Positions 10,001 through 19,052 are shown, counted from the first letter of the stretch. The stretch: DNA of 36,394 bases from Vulcanimicrobiaceae bacterium (GCA_046262595.1 JBHEMM010000011.1:419-36812); one strand, 5' to 3'. The notes: a model not told the origin generated them from the letters alone. Translations and numbers: made by a program.

Positions 10001-12288
10001 TTCAAATCCGGCACCGCGCCGCCCGGTGAAATCGTTCCCGCAGCGCGCAGCGTTCCGCCTCGCAGCGGAACGCCCAGGCCGTGCAGCGCCGAGCTTTGCA
10101 GCGGCGCCGTAACGATCGCCAGCTGGGTGGACTGCGCCGTGCGTCCGGTCGCAAAGGTGCCCGCCACATCAATATCACCGCCGGCCGCTTGCGCGCGCGC
10201 CGAATAGATCTTCAGCACGTTGTCCGCAAACGACATCGTGCCGCTCATCGCCGCGATCGGTACTCCTTGAATGCTGGCGCCGGTAAGGCGCGCGTCCCGC
10301 GCTTGAACAAAGATCTTGCCTTGCGCGATCGCAACGGCAACCGGGCCGCTCACCGCACCCTGCGCGGGCAGCGAACCCAAAAATGGACGCAGGCCTTGCA
10401 GCGTTCCGCGGTAGTCGCCGCGTGCGGCAATGAGGGACGTGCCGAAGGTGCCCTCGCCGCTAAACGCGCCCCACGGACCGGAAGCCTCGACGCTCGAAAG
10501 GCGCGAGGCGCCCATAGGCCCCGCGAACGTAGCGGCAATCGCATCGAACGGAACGCCGGCAATGATTGCGGGCGACAGATGCATGCGCCCGCCGACGACG
10601 ACGTTTTGCGCCGAGCCGGTTCCCGCGATATCGGCATCGCCGATCATCGCGTCAATCGGCGGCAACTCCGGAATGCTTACGCCCGGCAGACGCACCGTTT
10701 GCGGCTGCCGCAGCCGGATGCCGTGCGCCGACGCCCAAAACGCGCTTTGGCCGTTCTTGCGGTCCAGAGCAAAACCGGCATCGAGCGTCCCGCCGTTCGG
10801 AGCGCGCAGCGCCATCGGACCGAACACGCCTTCGCCGTAGGGGTCGAGCGTGTAAAAGCCGCTGATGTTGTTCACATCGGTGAGCGAGGCGAGGTAGCCG
10901 CTGACGTCCATCTTTAAGTCGTCACCGTGCAGCAGCGCTTCCATGACGATCGGCTGATCCGGAACGAGCGCGCCCAAATAGGGGATGCCGGCCGAAGGTC
11001 CGAGCGCGTGCAGCGCCAGCGTGCTGCGCACCTGCGTTCCGAGCTTGAGCGTTCCTTGAATGTGCAGATTCATCGCCCCGTAATCGGCATGGAACGGCAG
11101 CACGATGAGGTCGCCTTTGTACAGCGCCACTTGGCCGCGCGGGCGATCGATCGGAACGGCGCCGTAGTTCCAATGGGGTCCGTCGAAACCGACCATGAGC
11201 ACGGGGTTTTCGATGCTGCCCTCGATCAGCGCGTGAATGGAAAGAGCGCCGTTGATGGGCAGTCCCCTTGCCACGTGCATGATCTCGTGCAAATCGCGCA
11301 GATCGCCCCGGCCCTGGACACCCAAGCGGAATTGCGGCTGCGCGAAATCAAAGATGCCTCCGGCGCAGACGATCGGCAAACGCCCGACGCGCGCCGTCAG
11401 CCGCGGTGAAGCAAAACCGGAATCAAAGATCGTGATGGTTCCAGCCAACGCTTCAATCGGCGAATCCAATCCGTGCACGGCAAGGTGTCCGCCCGAGAGC
11501 GCGCCCGTTCCGGCCATGTGGTAGTTCCACTGCCCGTCACGCGCGAACGCCCACATGCGCATATCCATGTTCTGCACGCGGCCGCCCAACACGTGCGCTG
11601 CGGGCGAATTGATGAAGTAGTTGCCGATCGTCGTGATCGGGATCGCCTGCACGGTAACATGATGCAGCGCAAACCCGCTCTGCACGTTCACCTGTCCCGC
11701 CATGCGGAAGTGCTGCGCTCCCGCATCTTCCAAATATCCGGTGACCGCGTACCAGCTGCGGCGCGCGTCGTTGAGCGATGCATCCACGTTGATGCGATCG
11801 ACGCGCTGCACGCGGCTCTGCTCGTAGAAGCGGTACTTGTCGATCAATGTGGCAGACGCGTCGCGAACGCGTATCGTCATATCGAGCGGCACGAGATTCG
11901 GTGGTCCGGGCGGCCCGGCCGGTCCGGCGCCCGGCATGGCGACGTTATACGTGCCGTTCTGATGATGGATCAGCGTGAGGTGCGGCCGATCGATCGCGAT
12001 GGCGGAGATGCCGAAACGGTGACGGCTTCCCGGCAGCAGATCGCGCGGGTTGTAGTCCACGTCGATGCGTCCGGCTTCCAAAACCGGCTCGCCGCCGCGC
12101 GTGATGCGCACGCTCGTGAGCGCGCCGTGCTGGGTGCCCACGCGCACCTGCGACGCGCTTATGCTGTAGCCCATCGCAAGCCCCGCACCGCCCAAGGCGG
12201 CCTTCACCATCACATTGTGAAAGAAGCCAGCGAGCACAACCAGTGCGACGAGCAGCACTCCGGGCCCGGCGAGAAGCCGTTTGCGCAA
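7063..12288 (-). CDS. tamB: TamB/AsmA-like translocation and assembly module protein
   Basis: 1741 aa; N-terminal TM anchor, Gly-rich beta repeats, DUF490-like C-terminus ending FTFLFQRLF; adjacent to bamA; GGAGG before TTG start. Confidence 0.85.
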   Translation of the reverse strand: MRKRLLAGPGVLLVALVVLAGFFHNVMVKAALGGAGLAMGYSISASQVRVGTQHGALTSVRITRGGEPVLEAGRIDVDYNPRDLLPGSRHRFGISAIAIDRPHLTLIHHQNGTYNVAMPGAGPAGPPGPPNLVPLDMTIRVRDASATLIDKYRFYEQSRVQRVDRINVDASLNDARRSWYAVTGYLEDAGAQHFRMAGQVNVQSGFALHHVTVQAIPITTIGNYFINSPAAHVLGGRVQNMDMRMWAFARDGQWNYHMAGTGALSGGHLAVHGLDSPIEALAGTITIFDSGFASPRLTARVGRLPIVCAGGIFDFAQPQFRLGVQGRGDLRDLHEIMHVARGLPINGALSIHALIEGSIENPVLMVGFDGPHWNYGAVPIDRPRGQVALYKGDLIVLPFHADYGAMNLHIQGTLKLGTQVRSTLALHALGPSAGIPYLGALVPDQPIVMEALLHGDDLKMDVSGYLASLTDVNNISGFYTLDPYGEGVFGPMALRAPNGGTLDAGFALDRKNGQSAFWASAHGIRLRQPQTVRLPGVSIPELPPIDAMIGDADIAGTGSAQNVVVGGRMHLSPAIIAGVPFDAIAATFAGPMGASRLSSVEASGPWGAFSGEGTFGTSLIAARGDYRGTLQGLRPFLGSLPAQGAVSGPVAVAIAQGKIFVQARDARLTGASIQGVPIAAMSGTMSFADNVLKIYSARAQAAGGDIDVAGTFATGRTAQSTQLAIVTAPLQSSALHGLGVPLRGGTLRAAGTISPGGAVPDLNAGVVVEGAGLLGYAPFSASSEVAISKGTLRLDRGLAAIGTTVARVNGSIGGLAQSAPSYDILAEVPAGSITAMAQLAHIRTYDAQGSFDGSLSIGGSGTNPQMRGTIGVPVGSINGLGFREGTAEVTAGSSGATVDNAQVTVGSTRAAFSAAVHRSALAFTMHARRADLSDFNDYFDTGDTLAGTGSVDVAFSHFSNLTLTSGDVNIKRLRYRRLPIGDTRARWTGVSNIVQGSLEVGGEHGRLSAGGSIGLRTSSDLAGIVSGSRYDINAALQNFDLTTWLPALGYPQLPLTGRVNGDARVRGTYPHLDLALNASLRNGTLGPLSIETAQLRAQSAPPDRIRITQLAFSLPALQASGAGSFGLTPSAPIALQVHAASTDLARLLAQTTKRHIDLSGRFESTIAIGGSFKTPTFAAGVEGTGVSAYGIGIPSFFGQVQLNRRSLVVRNAQIAFQHGTATLAGALPLQLSPFGFGPPQAPISMDASAQNVDLATFAAFLGNGTRLSGALGGHVGVSGSAGNPQIFGSLAVTNATYSSSLETVPITGTVAQLSFGGTKATLDRLHAQLGKGTLDASGSLAFGGGLHGGPLGYAIAVVSRGAQLGSPVFGGGTFYSALTLARIPGQLARLKGTVGISNALIPLNAFLQLSGGPAGSAAAAPPLNLGFDLAITAGKNVRVRGGGAGLFGLDIGGTGAVQLAGSLRKPTLHGAFTSAGGTLTYIDHAFKIQQGQVSFTPANGVLPDIYAIATTHVSNPDPNTARNPTGYADITAQVSGTVPDVKVSFTSTPPGYSEQQIVALLLPLGGLVGPIQFTDTGVILPAGQLAGAPVAGSGALLPDIFERRQNGTLTIGQEAFNILNTQFSSGILGPLESALGGTLGLSDVNLTVDYAGNLGLDVRRLLGSDFFALYGTTFTVPVRQTFGFAYQPNAFTSAQFTMFVQNGDTPLFLSPSQTLSTNPRASAGQAVQGQNGFTFLFQRLF

Positions 12289-12317
12289 TCAGTCCCTCCG
12301 CGGGGAGTATACCCCGG

Positions 12318-14213
12318 CTACAGGTCCAGGCTCTTGACGGACTTCGCGAATTCGAAGATATACTGCTTGCGCGGCTCGACTTTGTCGCCCATCAAATCGG
12401 TGAAGATGCGCTCCGCTTCGACGGCGTCTTCCACCATGATCTGTTTGAGGCGGCGGTTTCCGACCTCCATCGTCGTCACCGCAAGCTGCTCGGCATCCAT
12501 TTCGCCCAGGCCCTTGTACTGCTGAACGGTAAAATCTTTGCCGTCGTCACCGATGATCTCGCGCAGCTCGGGTTCGCTGAACGCATACCACTGCCGTTTG
12601 CCCTTGCGGATGCCGTAGAGCGGCGGCTGTGCGATGTAGACGTAACCTTCTTCCACCAGCGCCTTCATCTGCCGGTAAAAGAAGGTGAGCAGCAGGGTGC
12701 GGATATGCGAGCCGTCCACATCCGCGTCGGTCATGATGATGATCTTGTGGTACCGCAGCTTCCCGGCGTCGAACTCATCGCCGAAACCGGTTCCGAACGC
12801 CGTGATCATCGTGCGGATTTCTTCGTTGGAAAGCACCTTGTCCAAGCGAGCCTTCTCGACGTTGAGAATCTTGCCGCGCAGGGGCAGAATCGCTTGGCTG
12901 TTCGGGTCGCGGCCGCCCTTGGCCGTGCCGCCGGCGGAATCGCCTTCGACCAAGAAGATCTCACTCTCCGCGGGGTTCGTGTTCTTACAGTCCACGAGTT
13001 TGCCCGGAAGCCCCGAGCCCTCGAGCGCGTTCTTGCGCCGCGAGAGATCGCGCGCCTTTTTCGCAGCTTCGCGGGCGCGCTGCGCCTGCATGCACTTGTC
13101 GATGATGACGCGCGCGTGTTTGGGGTTCTCCTCAAAGAAAAACTCGAGGCGTTCGTTGAGCAGCCCGTAAACGATGGTGCGCACGTTGGCGTTGCCGAGT
13201 TTGGTTTTCGTCTGCCCTTCGAACTGCGGTTCGGCGAGTTTGACGGAAACCACGGCCGTAAGCCCCTCCATGCAGTCGTCCGTCGAAAGATTGCTCTCGT
13301 TTTCTTTGAGCATGCCGCGCTTTTTTGCATACGCGTTGACGGCGTTGCTGATGGCGGTGCGGAAGCCCGTGAGGTGCATCCCGCCTTCGATGGTATTGAT
13401 GTTGTTGGCGTAGGACGAAATAATTTCGGTGTACGTGTCCGTCCATTGCATGGCCACTTCAACATCCACGCCGTCGCGCTCGACGTGGGTGGAGATAATC
13501 GGGTGCAGCGGATCCTTTTTCTCGTTGAGCCATTCGACGAATGACAGTATGCCGCCGTCAAACTTAAAGTTGCGTTCGCGCAATTCTTCGCCGCGTTCGT
13601 CGCGCAGCGTGATGGAAAGGCCGCGGTTCAAAAACGCGAGTTCGCGCAGGCGCTTGGCCAAGATGTCCCAGTGAAACTCGCTCACTTCAAATATCTGCCG
13701 GTCCGGAAGAAACCACTGATGCGTTCCGGTGCCTTCCGCAGGGCCGACCTTCTTGAGCTTCTGCTCGGTGATGCCGCGCACGAACTTCATCTCCCACAGC
13801 TTGCCGTCGCGCTTCACGCGCGTGGTCATCTGTTCGGAAAGCGCGTTGACCACCGAAATGCCGACTCCGTGCAGGCCGCCCGAAACTTTGTAGCCGCCTT
13901 TGCCGAACTTGCCGCCCGCATGCAGGATCGTCATGATCACTTCGACCGCCGGCATCTGCTCTTCGGCATGCATGTCGATGGGAATGCCGCGTCCGTCGTC
14001 TTCAACCGAGCACGAGCCGTCCTTGTACAGGACGACCGAAATCGTATGCGCGTAGTCCGCGAGCGCTTCGTCCACCGCGTTGTCGACCGCTTCGTAAACG
14101 AGCTGATGCAGGCCGCGTTCCGCAGTATTTCCGATGTACATGCCCGGGCGTTTGCGTACCGCCTCCAGGCCTTTGAGCACTTCGATCTGCTCGGCGCCGT
14201 AATTTGTTGACAA
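12318..14213 (-). CDS. gyrB: DNA gyrase subunit B
   Basis: GLEAVRKRPGMYIG, EAVDNAVDE, SGGLHGVG, EGDSAGG, PLRGKILN, MTDADVDG, YKGLGEM; position after recF/dciA. Confidence 0.95.
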   Translation of the reverse strand: MSTNYGAEQIEVLKGLEAVRKRPGMYIGNTAERGLHQLVYEAVDNAVDEALADYAHTISVVLYKDGSCSVEDDGRGIPIDMHAEEQMPAVEVIMTILHAGGKFGKGGYKVSGGLHGVGISVVNALSEQMTTRVKRDGKLWEMKFVRGITEQKLKKVGPAEGTGTHQWFLPDRQIFEVSEFHWDILAKRLRELAFLNRGLSITLRDERGEELRERNFKFDGGILSFVEWLNEKKDPLHPIISTHVERDGVDVEVAMQWTDTYTEIISSYANNINTIEGGMHLTGFRTAISNAVNAYAKKRGMLKENESNLSTDDCMEGLTAVVSVKLAEPQFEGQTKTKLGNANVRTIVYGLLNERLEFFFEENPKHARVIIDKCMQAQRAREAAKKARDLSRRKNALEGSGLPGKLVDCKNTNPAESEIFLVEGDSAGGTAKGGRDPNSQAILPLRGKILNVEKARLDKVLSNEEIRTMITAFGTGFGDEFDAGKLRYHKIIIMTDADVDGSHIRTLLLTFFYRQMKALVEEGYVYIAQPPLYGIRKGKRQWYAFSEPELREIIGDDGKDFTVQQYKGLGEMDAEQLAVTTMEVGNRRLKQIMVEDAVEAERIFTDLMGDKVEPRKQYIFEFAKSVKSLDL

Positions 14214-14215
14214 GT

Positions 14216-15043
14216 TTAGTTTCCGTTACCGTAAAAGATGTCGTGCAGCTCGTCGCCGAGCAGATCGCGCACCACCGCGGGAGCGATCCGTTCGGGATCG
14301 AGTTCACTCTTAAGTAAAACGTACGAGCTGGCGATCATGCGATCGCGCACCGAGAACGCGCGCCCGCCGCTGCGGCGCACTCGATCGAGAGCGTCTTTCC
14401 AGCGCCGCAGCACGTGCGATCGGATCAACTGATAGTCATGCGGACGAAGATCGTCCACCAGCGGAGCAATTCCGGCGTAACCCAGCCACGGTGCTTGGAA
14501 AAGCAACCGCGCCACACGCCCGTCCCGCTCTTGAAGCCGCACGTTTTCGCACGGAACGCAGCGGGGCCCCGACGACGGAACGATCCGCACGCCGCATCGG
14601 GAACACTCTTTCCACCCAGCGTCCGCTTTTGCCCGCTGGGCGGCGGAAACGTCGTGCCGGAAACGCGCGAGCGCAGCCTCCAGCGTGGGCGCCGCGCCGC
14701 GGACCTCGCGCCGGGCGGCACGCGCCGGTTCGCGCTTTCGCGCAGGGGCATTCCCCGATTCGAGAACCCGTCCGACGCGGAAGCGGAGGCGCTCGAGCGG
14801 CATTTCGAAACGCTCGCGGACCGCCCCCATGATCCGCTCGCTCAAAAAGGCGAGCTGCTGGCTCCAAGCGCTCGAGCGGGTGACGATTACGAGCGCATCG
14901 CGCGCGAACTCCGCGGGACGCGAATTTGCGGCGATATCGTTGCCCACGATTTCCGCCCACTGCGCGCGCAGTGCCAAGATCGGGTCGTCGTGAAAGGCCG
15001 CGTGCGGCTCCCAGGCGCTCAGCGCATCGTTGAGCGGCTTCAT
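14216..15043 (-). CDS. dciA: DciA (DUF721) family protein with C-terminal CxxC...CxxC extension
   Basis: WAEIVGNDIAANSRP...LVIVTRSSAWSQQLAF motif, then CSRCG...CVPC; lies between recF and gyrB. Confidence 0.8.
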   Translation of the reverse strand: MKPLNDALSAWEPHAAFHDDPILALRAQWAEIVGNDIAANSRPAEFARDALVIVTRSSAWSQQLAFLSERIMGAVRERFEMPLERLRFRVGRVLESGNAPARKREPARAARREVRGAAPTLEAALARFRHDVSAAQRAKADAGWKECSRCGVRIVPSSGPRCVPCENVRLQERDGRVARLLFQAPWLGYAGIAPLVDDLRPHDYQLIRSHVLRRWKDALDRVRRSGGRAFSVRDRMIASSYVLLKSELDPERIAPAVVRDLLGDELHDIFYGNGN

Positions 15044-16054
15044 GCGGCGTCCACGACCGTTCCGCCCTCAATCACGTACGTTGTCGCCGGCGGCAATCCG
15101 TCCGGGAGATGCGTCGCCGTGAGAAACGCCTGCTGGAATGCTCCGACGCCGTCCATGAACGCTGCCGCGCGCCCCGGATCGAGCTCGGACAAGACGTCAT
15201 CCAACAGCAATAAGGGCGCCTCGCCCGAGCGGTTCTGCATGACCGCGTATTCGGCGACCTTGAGCGCAAGTACCGCTGTGCGGTGCTGCCCTTGCGAGCC
15301 GAACGCGGCCAGCGACCGGCCGTCGAGCAGCAGATCCAGATCGTCGCGATGCGGACCGGCGACGTTCGTCTGGCGCGCGCGTTCCTGACCCGCCACTTCC
15401 TTGAGCCGTGCGGCCAGCGCGCCGGCGATCGCATCCGCCGTCGGCACTTCATACGGAACGTTCGGGTGATAGCGCACCTCGAGCCGTTCGTGCGGTGCCC
15501 ACTGCGCGTGCATGCGCGCGGCTTCGGCGCCCAGCACCGTGACGAATTGCTGCCGTGCGACCACGGTCTGCGTTCCCGTCTCGACGAGCGTGTCGTTGTA
15601 GATGGAAAGCAGCTGCGGATCGGGATCGTCGCTGCTTTTGAGCAGCGCGGCCTTTTGCACGAGCGTTTTCTGGTAGCGCGCGAGCGCGTGATAGTACGAA
15701 CGTCACGACGCGCAGGTTGCCCAAAAAGTTTCCGTAGCGAACGCCGTGTCCGTTTGCCGAATACGTTTTGCGAACGCCGGCTGCGCCCAGCGTCACGGTG
15801 CACGCTAGACGCACCGTTCCGGCCCGCGTTAGCGCTTCTCCTGAAACACTTGCGATGTCGAGCCCTTCGAGCACGAGATCGCGCTCGCGCGAGGTGCGGA
15901 ACGATTTTCCGGTACCGAGCACGGCGATCGCTTCGAGCAGATTGCTCTTCCCTTGGGCGTTACGGCCGACGAAGACGTTCAATCCATTCGCGGGCTGCAG
16001 ATCGAGGCGCGCGTAGTTTCTGACGTTCGAGACGTGCAGCGAGTGCAACTTCAC
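15040..16054 (-). pseudogene. recF: recF with internal deletion and frameshift (true pseudogene or assembly artefact)
   Basis: The N-terminal frame (GRNAQGKSNLLEAI...RVVTFV) and C-terminal frame (YYHALARYQK...GPHRDD...SQGQ...LLLLDDVLSELD) are out of phase at GTAC 15694-15697; the conserved intervening segment is absent. Confidence 0.9.
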
Positions 16055-16130
16055 GGCAGACGTTTCGCGGCGATGATGATTAGCGCTTTTGAGTCTCCGT
16101 AAAGATGTGAACGAGCGCGATGATCACCGG

Positions 16131-17246
16131 TTATTGCCGCAGCGGCATCAGCACGTACAACTGCTGAGCGCCTTCCGATGGTTCGACCGGCCGGATTGCG
16201 GCGGGTGAGAGCGGCCCCAGAAACTCCATGACCGTCTGCGCGGAGTCGATATGATTCAGAATTTCGACCAAATACCGCGCGTTGAATGCGATGGTCAGAT
16301 CTTCACCTTGCTGTTCCACTTCAAGTTCTTCATAGGCGTTGCCCGATACGTCGGAGCTCGCCGTCACGATCAGAACTTGATTGTTGACTTGCAGCTTCAC
16401 CATGCTCGCGCGATCGCCCGCAACCAATTCCGCCCGCTTTAAACCGGCGATCAGTGCAGCGGTGTTGACCGTGAGCGAGCGATCGAACTTTGAGGGAATC
16501 ACCTGGCCGTAGTTTGGATATTGTCCGTCCACGAGGCGCACGACGATCGAGGTGTCGCCGGCGTTGAACATCAGCTGATTGCTTTGCGCACCCAATGCCG
16601 TCACGTCAACGCGCTCTTGCCCGCCTAGATTGCGCGCCGCTTCGGCGAGCGCGCGCGAGGGCACGATATACTTCTCGGCGCCGCTGATGCCGCTCTGCAG
16701 CGTGGTTTGATAACGGCCGAGGCGATATCCGTCCGTGGCGACCATCGTGAGTGAGTCGCCTTCGAGTTCGAGCAACGTGCCCATGAGCACCGCGCCGCGC
16801 GCCTCTTCGCTCGAGGCCGCAAAGATGGTCGCGTTCACGCCGTCGCGGAACCGCTTTCCGGGCAGGCTGAAGTTTTGGCCGCGCTGGGCGCTCGGAAGCG
16901 GCGGATACTCGTCGGCGGGGAGCGCGTGAAAATCGTAATTGCTGCGCTCGCACTTGATGCTGGCACGGGTCGGGGTTCCCGTGAGTTCCAGCAGGCCGGC
17001 CTGCAGATTCCCCAGGTAACTGCTGAGCAATTTGGCCGGCACCGTAACGCTTCCGCCTTCGCTGACATCGGCGGGAAACGCATGCTGAAGGGTCAGTTCG
17101 AGGTCGGTGGCGCGAACGGCGATCTTGCCCTCTTCCGCGCTGAGAAGCACGTTCGAGAGAATCGGCACGGTGGTATGCGCGTTGACGACCTTGCTCGCAG
17201 CGCCGACGGCTCCGGCGATGTCCTTGGTGTTGCACGTGAATTTCAT
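16131..17246 (-). CDS. dnaN: DNA polymerase III beta sliding clamp
   Basis: ATDLE, VATDGYRL, RLVDGQYPNY, FNARYL, terminal LMPLR; ATG 17246 (alternative GTG 17264). Confidence 0.97.
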   Translation of the reverse strand: MKFTCNTKDIAGAVGAASKVVNAHTTVPILSNVLLSAEEGKIAVRATDLELTLQHAFPADVSEGGSVTVPAKLLSSYLGNLQAGLLELTGTPTRASIKCERSNYDFHALPADEYPPLPSAQRGQNFSLPGKRFRDGVNATIFAASSEEARGAVLMGTLLELEGDSLTMVATDGYRLGRYQTTLQSGISGAEKYIVPSRALAEAARNLGGQERVDVTALGAQSNQLMFNAGDTSIVVRLVDGQYPNYGQVIPSKFDRSLTVNTAALIAGLKRAELVAGDRASMVKLQVNNQVLIVTASSDVSGNAYEELEVEQQGEDLTIAFNARYLVEILNHIDSAQTVMEFLGPLSPAAIRPVEPSEGAQQLYVLMPLRQ

Positions 17247-17256
17247 GTTCTCTTTC

Positions 17257-17493
17257 TTCTCCACCGGCGGCGCGCTGCGTTGTTTTCGTAGGTCTTAGAT
17301 AAAAAGATAACCGTACTAGTAGTAAGGCGGTGTATTACGCGAAGAAGCGCCGATCTTCTTGTAACCACCGCGTTTTTGGTCCAGTACAACCTGTGCAGGC
17401 CCGATGGTATGGCCTTACACATCTGCACCGCCGTGGGCTCTGGAGCAGTTATCCACCCTCGCGCACGCGCCCTGTGCAGCGTACGGTGGAGAA
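17257..17493. other. oriC unwinding region (dnaA-dnaN intergenic): DnaA boxes, DnaA-trios, AT-rich tract
   Basis: Minus strand TAATACACC-GCC-TTACTACTAGTAC-GGTTATCTTTTTATCTAA (17337-17295); further boxes TTATCCACC 17449-17457 and TTCTCCACC at 17257-17265 and 17485-17493. Confidence 0.8.
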
Positions 17494-17496
17494 TGC

Positions 17497-17523
17497 AACG
17501 GCCCGGACGCGTGCCGGGCCGTT
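17497..17523. terminator. Stem-loop downstream of dnaA
   Basis: Perfect 10-bp inverted repeat AACGGCCCGG-N7-CCGGGCCGTT; T-tract is weak on the dnaA strand. Confidence 0.45.
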
Positions 17524-17550
17524 TTCGAAAGAAGGAAGCGGAACGCGCCG

Positions 17551-18918
17551 CTAGTCGTTCTGGCAGAGCGCGACCAGCGAACGGATTTTATTGCGGTACG
17601 CTTCGTCGCGCTGCATCTGTTCTTTGACCTTGTCGCGCGCGTACATGACCGTCGTGTGATCTTTCTTGTTGAACTCCCGCGCGATGTGCGGCAGCGAGCA
17701 ATCCGTGAGCTCCGTGCATACGTACATGGCTATCTGCCGCGGCGCGGCGACGCGCTGATCGCGCCGGTGGTTATCCATCTCTTTGACGGTCAAGCCGTGT
17801 GCTTTCGCGACCTTTTCTTTGATCGACGGGATCGTGATTCGGCGCAATGGTGCTTGCGCAACCGCGTTTTTCAGCACTTCCGCCGCAAGATCGACCGTTA
17901 TGGATGACTTGGTGAGCGAGGAATACGCGACCACGCGAATCAGCGCGCCCTCGAGCTCGCGGATGTTCGATGGAATGACTTTGGCGATGAACGACGTGAC
18001 TTCATCGGGCACCGGAATTTTTTCCGACTCGGCTTTCTTTCGCAGAATCGCTTCACGCGTTTCGAGATCCGGCGGTTGAATGTCGGTGAGCAATCCCCAC
18101 TCGAAACGCGATCGTAAGCGGTTCTCCAGCGTTTGGATCTCTTTGGGCGGGCGATCGCTGGAGATGACGAGTTGCCGGCCGGACTCGTGCAGCGCGTTGA
18201 AGGTGTGAAAGAACTCTTCTTGCGTGCCTTCCTTGCCTTCCAAAAACTGAATGTCGTCGATTAAGAGGACATCGACGAGACGGTATTTGTTGCGAAACTC
18301 CACCGTCTTGTTGTTTTGCACGGCGATGATGAACTCGTTGGTGAATTTTTCACTGGAAACGTAGACGACATTGGCTTCGGGGTTATCCTGGAGCGCCCGG
18401 TGGCCGATGGCGTGCATCAGATGCGTCTTCCCCAGGCCGACGCCGCCGTAGAGAAAGAGCGGGTTGTAGGCCCGGGCGGGCGCCGCGGCGACCGCTTGGG
18501 CGGCGGCATGCGCGAACCGGTTGCTGTTGCCGATGACGAACTCACCGAATGTGTAGCGTGAGTTCAGGTTACCGGGGCGAAACTCGTTCGATGGCCGGCC
18601 CGAAGGAGCGGCGGGCACTGTGCCGTGAGCGGGCTCGCCGTCGGCCGCCTCGGGAACGATGGTCAGCTGCATCTCGATGCCCGCGCCGAAGATCTCCGAG
18701 AGGACCTCGATAATTTGAACCTTGAGCCGGTTTTCGACCCAATCGCGGGCGAAGTTGTTCTGCACCGCCAGCAGCAGCTCGTTCCCGCTGAGCGAGACCA
18801 GCCGCATCGGTTTGATCCACATCTCGTAAATCGGCTTGGAAAACTTGCATTCCAGCGCGGCGAGTGCGGATTGCCATAGGTCGTTTGCGATGTCGGGATT
18901 GCTGACCGCTAGCGCCAT
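17551..18918 (-). CDS. dnaA: Chromosomal replication initiator DnaA
   Basis: YNPLFLYGGVGLGKTHL, LLIDDIQF, RLRSRFEWGL, NIRELEGAL, DHTTVMYA. Confidence 0.99.
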   Translation of the reverse strand: MALAVSNPDIANDLWQSALAALECKFSKPIYEMWIKPMRLVSLSGNELLLAVQNNFARDWVENRLKVQIIEVLSEIFGAGIEMQLTIVPEAADGEPAHGTVPAAPSGRPSNEFRPGNLNSRYTFGEFVIGNSNRFAHAAAQAVAAAPARAYNPLFLYGGVGLGKTHLMHAIGHRALQDNPEANVVYVSSEKFTNEFIIAVQNNKTVEFRNKYRLVDVLLIDDIQFLEGKEGTQEEFFHTFNALHESGRQLVISSDRPPKEIQTLENRLRSRFEWGLLTDIQPPDLETREAILRKKAESEKIPVPDEVTSFIAKVIPSNIRELEGALIRVVAYSSLTKSSITVDLAAEVLKNAVAQAPLRRITIPSIKEKVAKAHGLTVKEMDNHRRDQRVAAPRQIAMYVCTELTDCSLPHIAREFNKKDHTTVMYARDKVKEQMQRDEAYRNKIRSLVALCQND

Positions 18919-19052
18919 TCCGTAAGTCCGTCCTTAATGAAGTTCTTCAATGTTTCAAGCCCGGCGACGATGAAAACCGGCGTCGAAAAGCCCGAACGTG
19001 GAGGCACGACTATTGTCTTAATCGGGCTCCTATCCTGCGCGAAAAAGCCGCG

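Noticed and set aside
12318..14213. ParE rather than GyrB
   Set aside because: Position in the dnaA-dnaN-recF block favours gyrB; phylogeny would be needed to exclude ParE fully
15690..15705. Programmed frameshift in recF
   Set aside because: No slippery sequence, and conserved residues are physically missing, so recoding could not restore the protein
16080..16127. 15-codon ORF and short GCGATGAT direct repeat between dnaN and recF
   Set aside because: No SD or recognisable similarity; too short to support
17228..17243. parS-like TGTTGCACGTGAATTT at the start of dnaN
   Set aside because: One arm has three mismatches; can be explained by coding sequence
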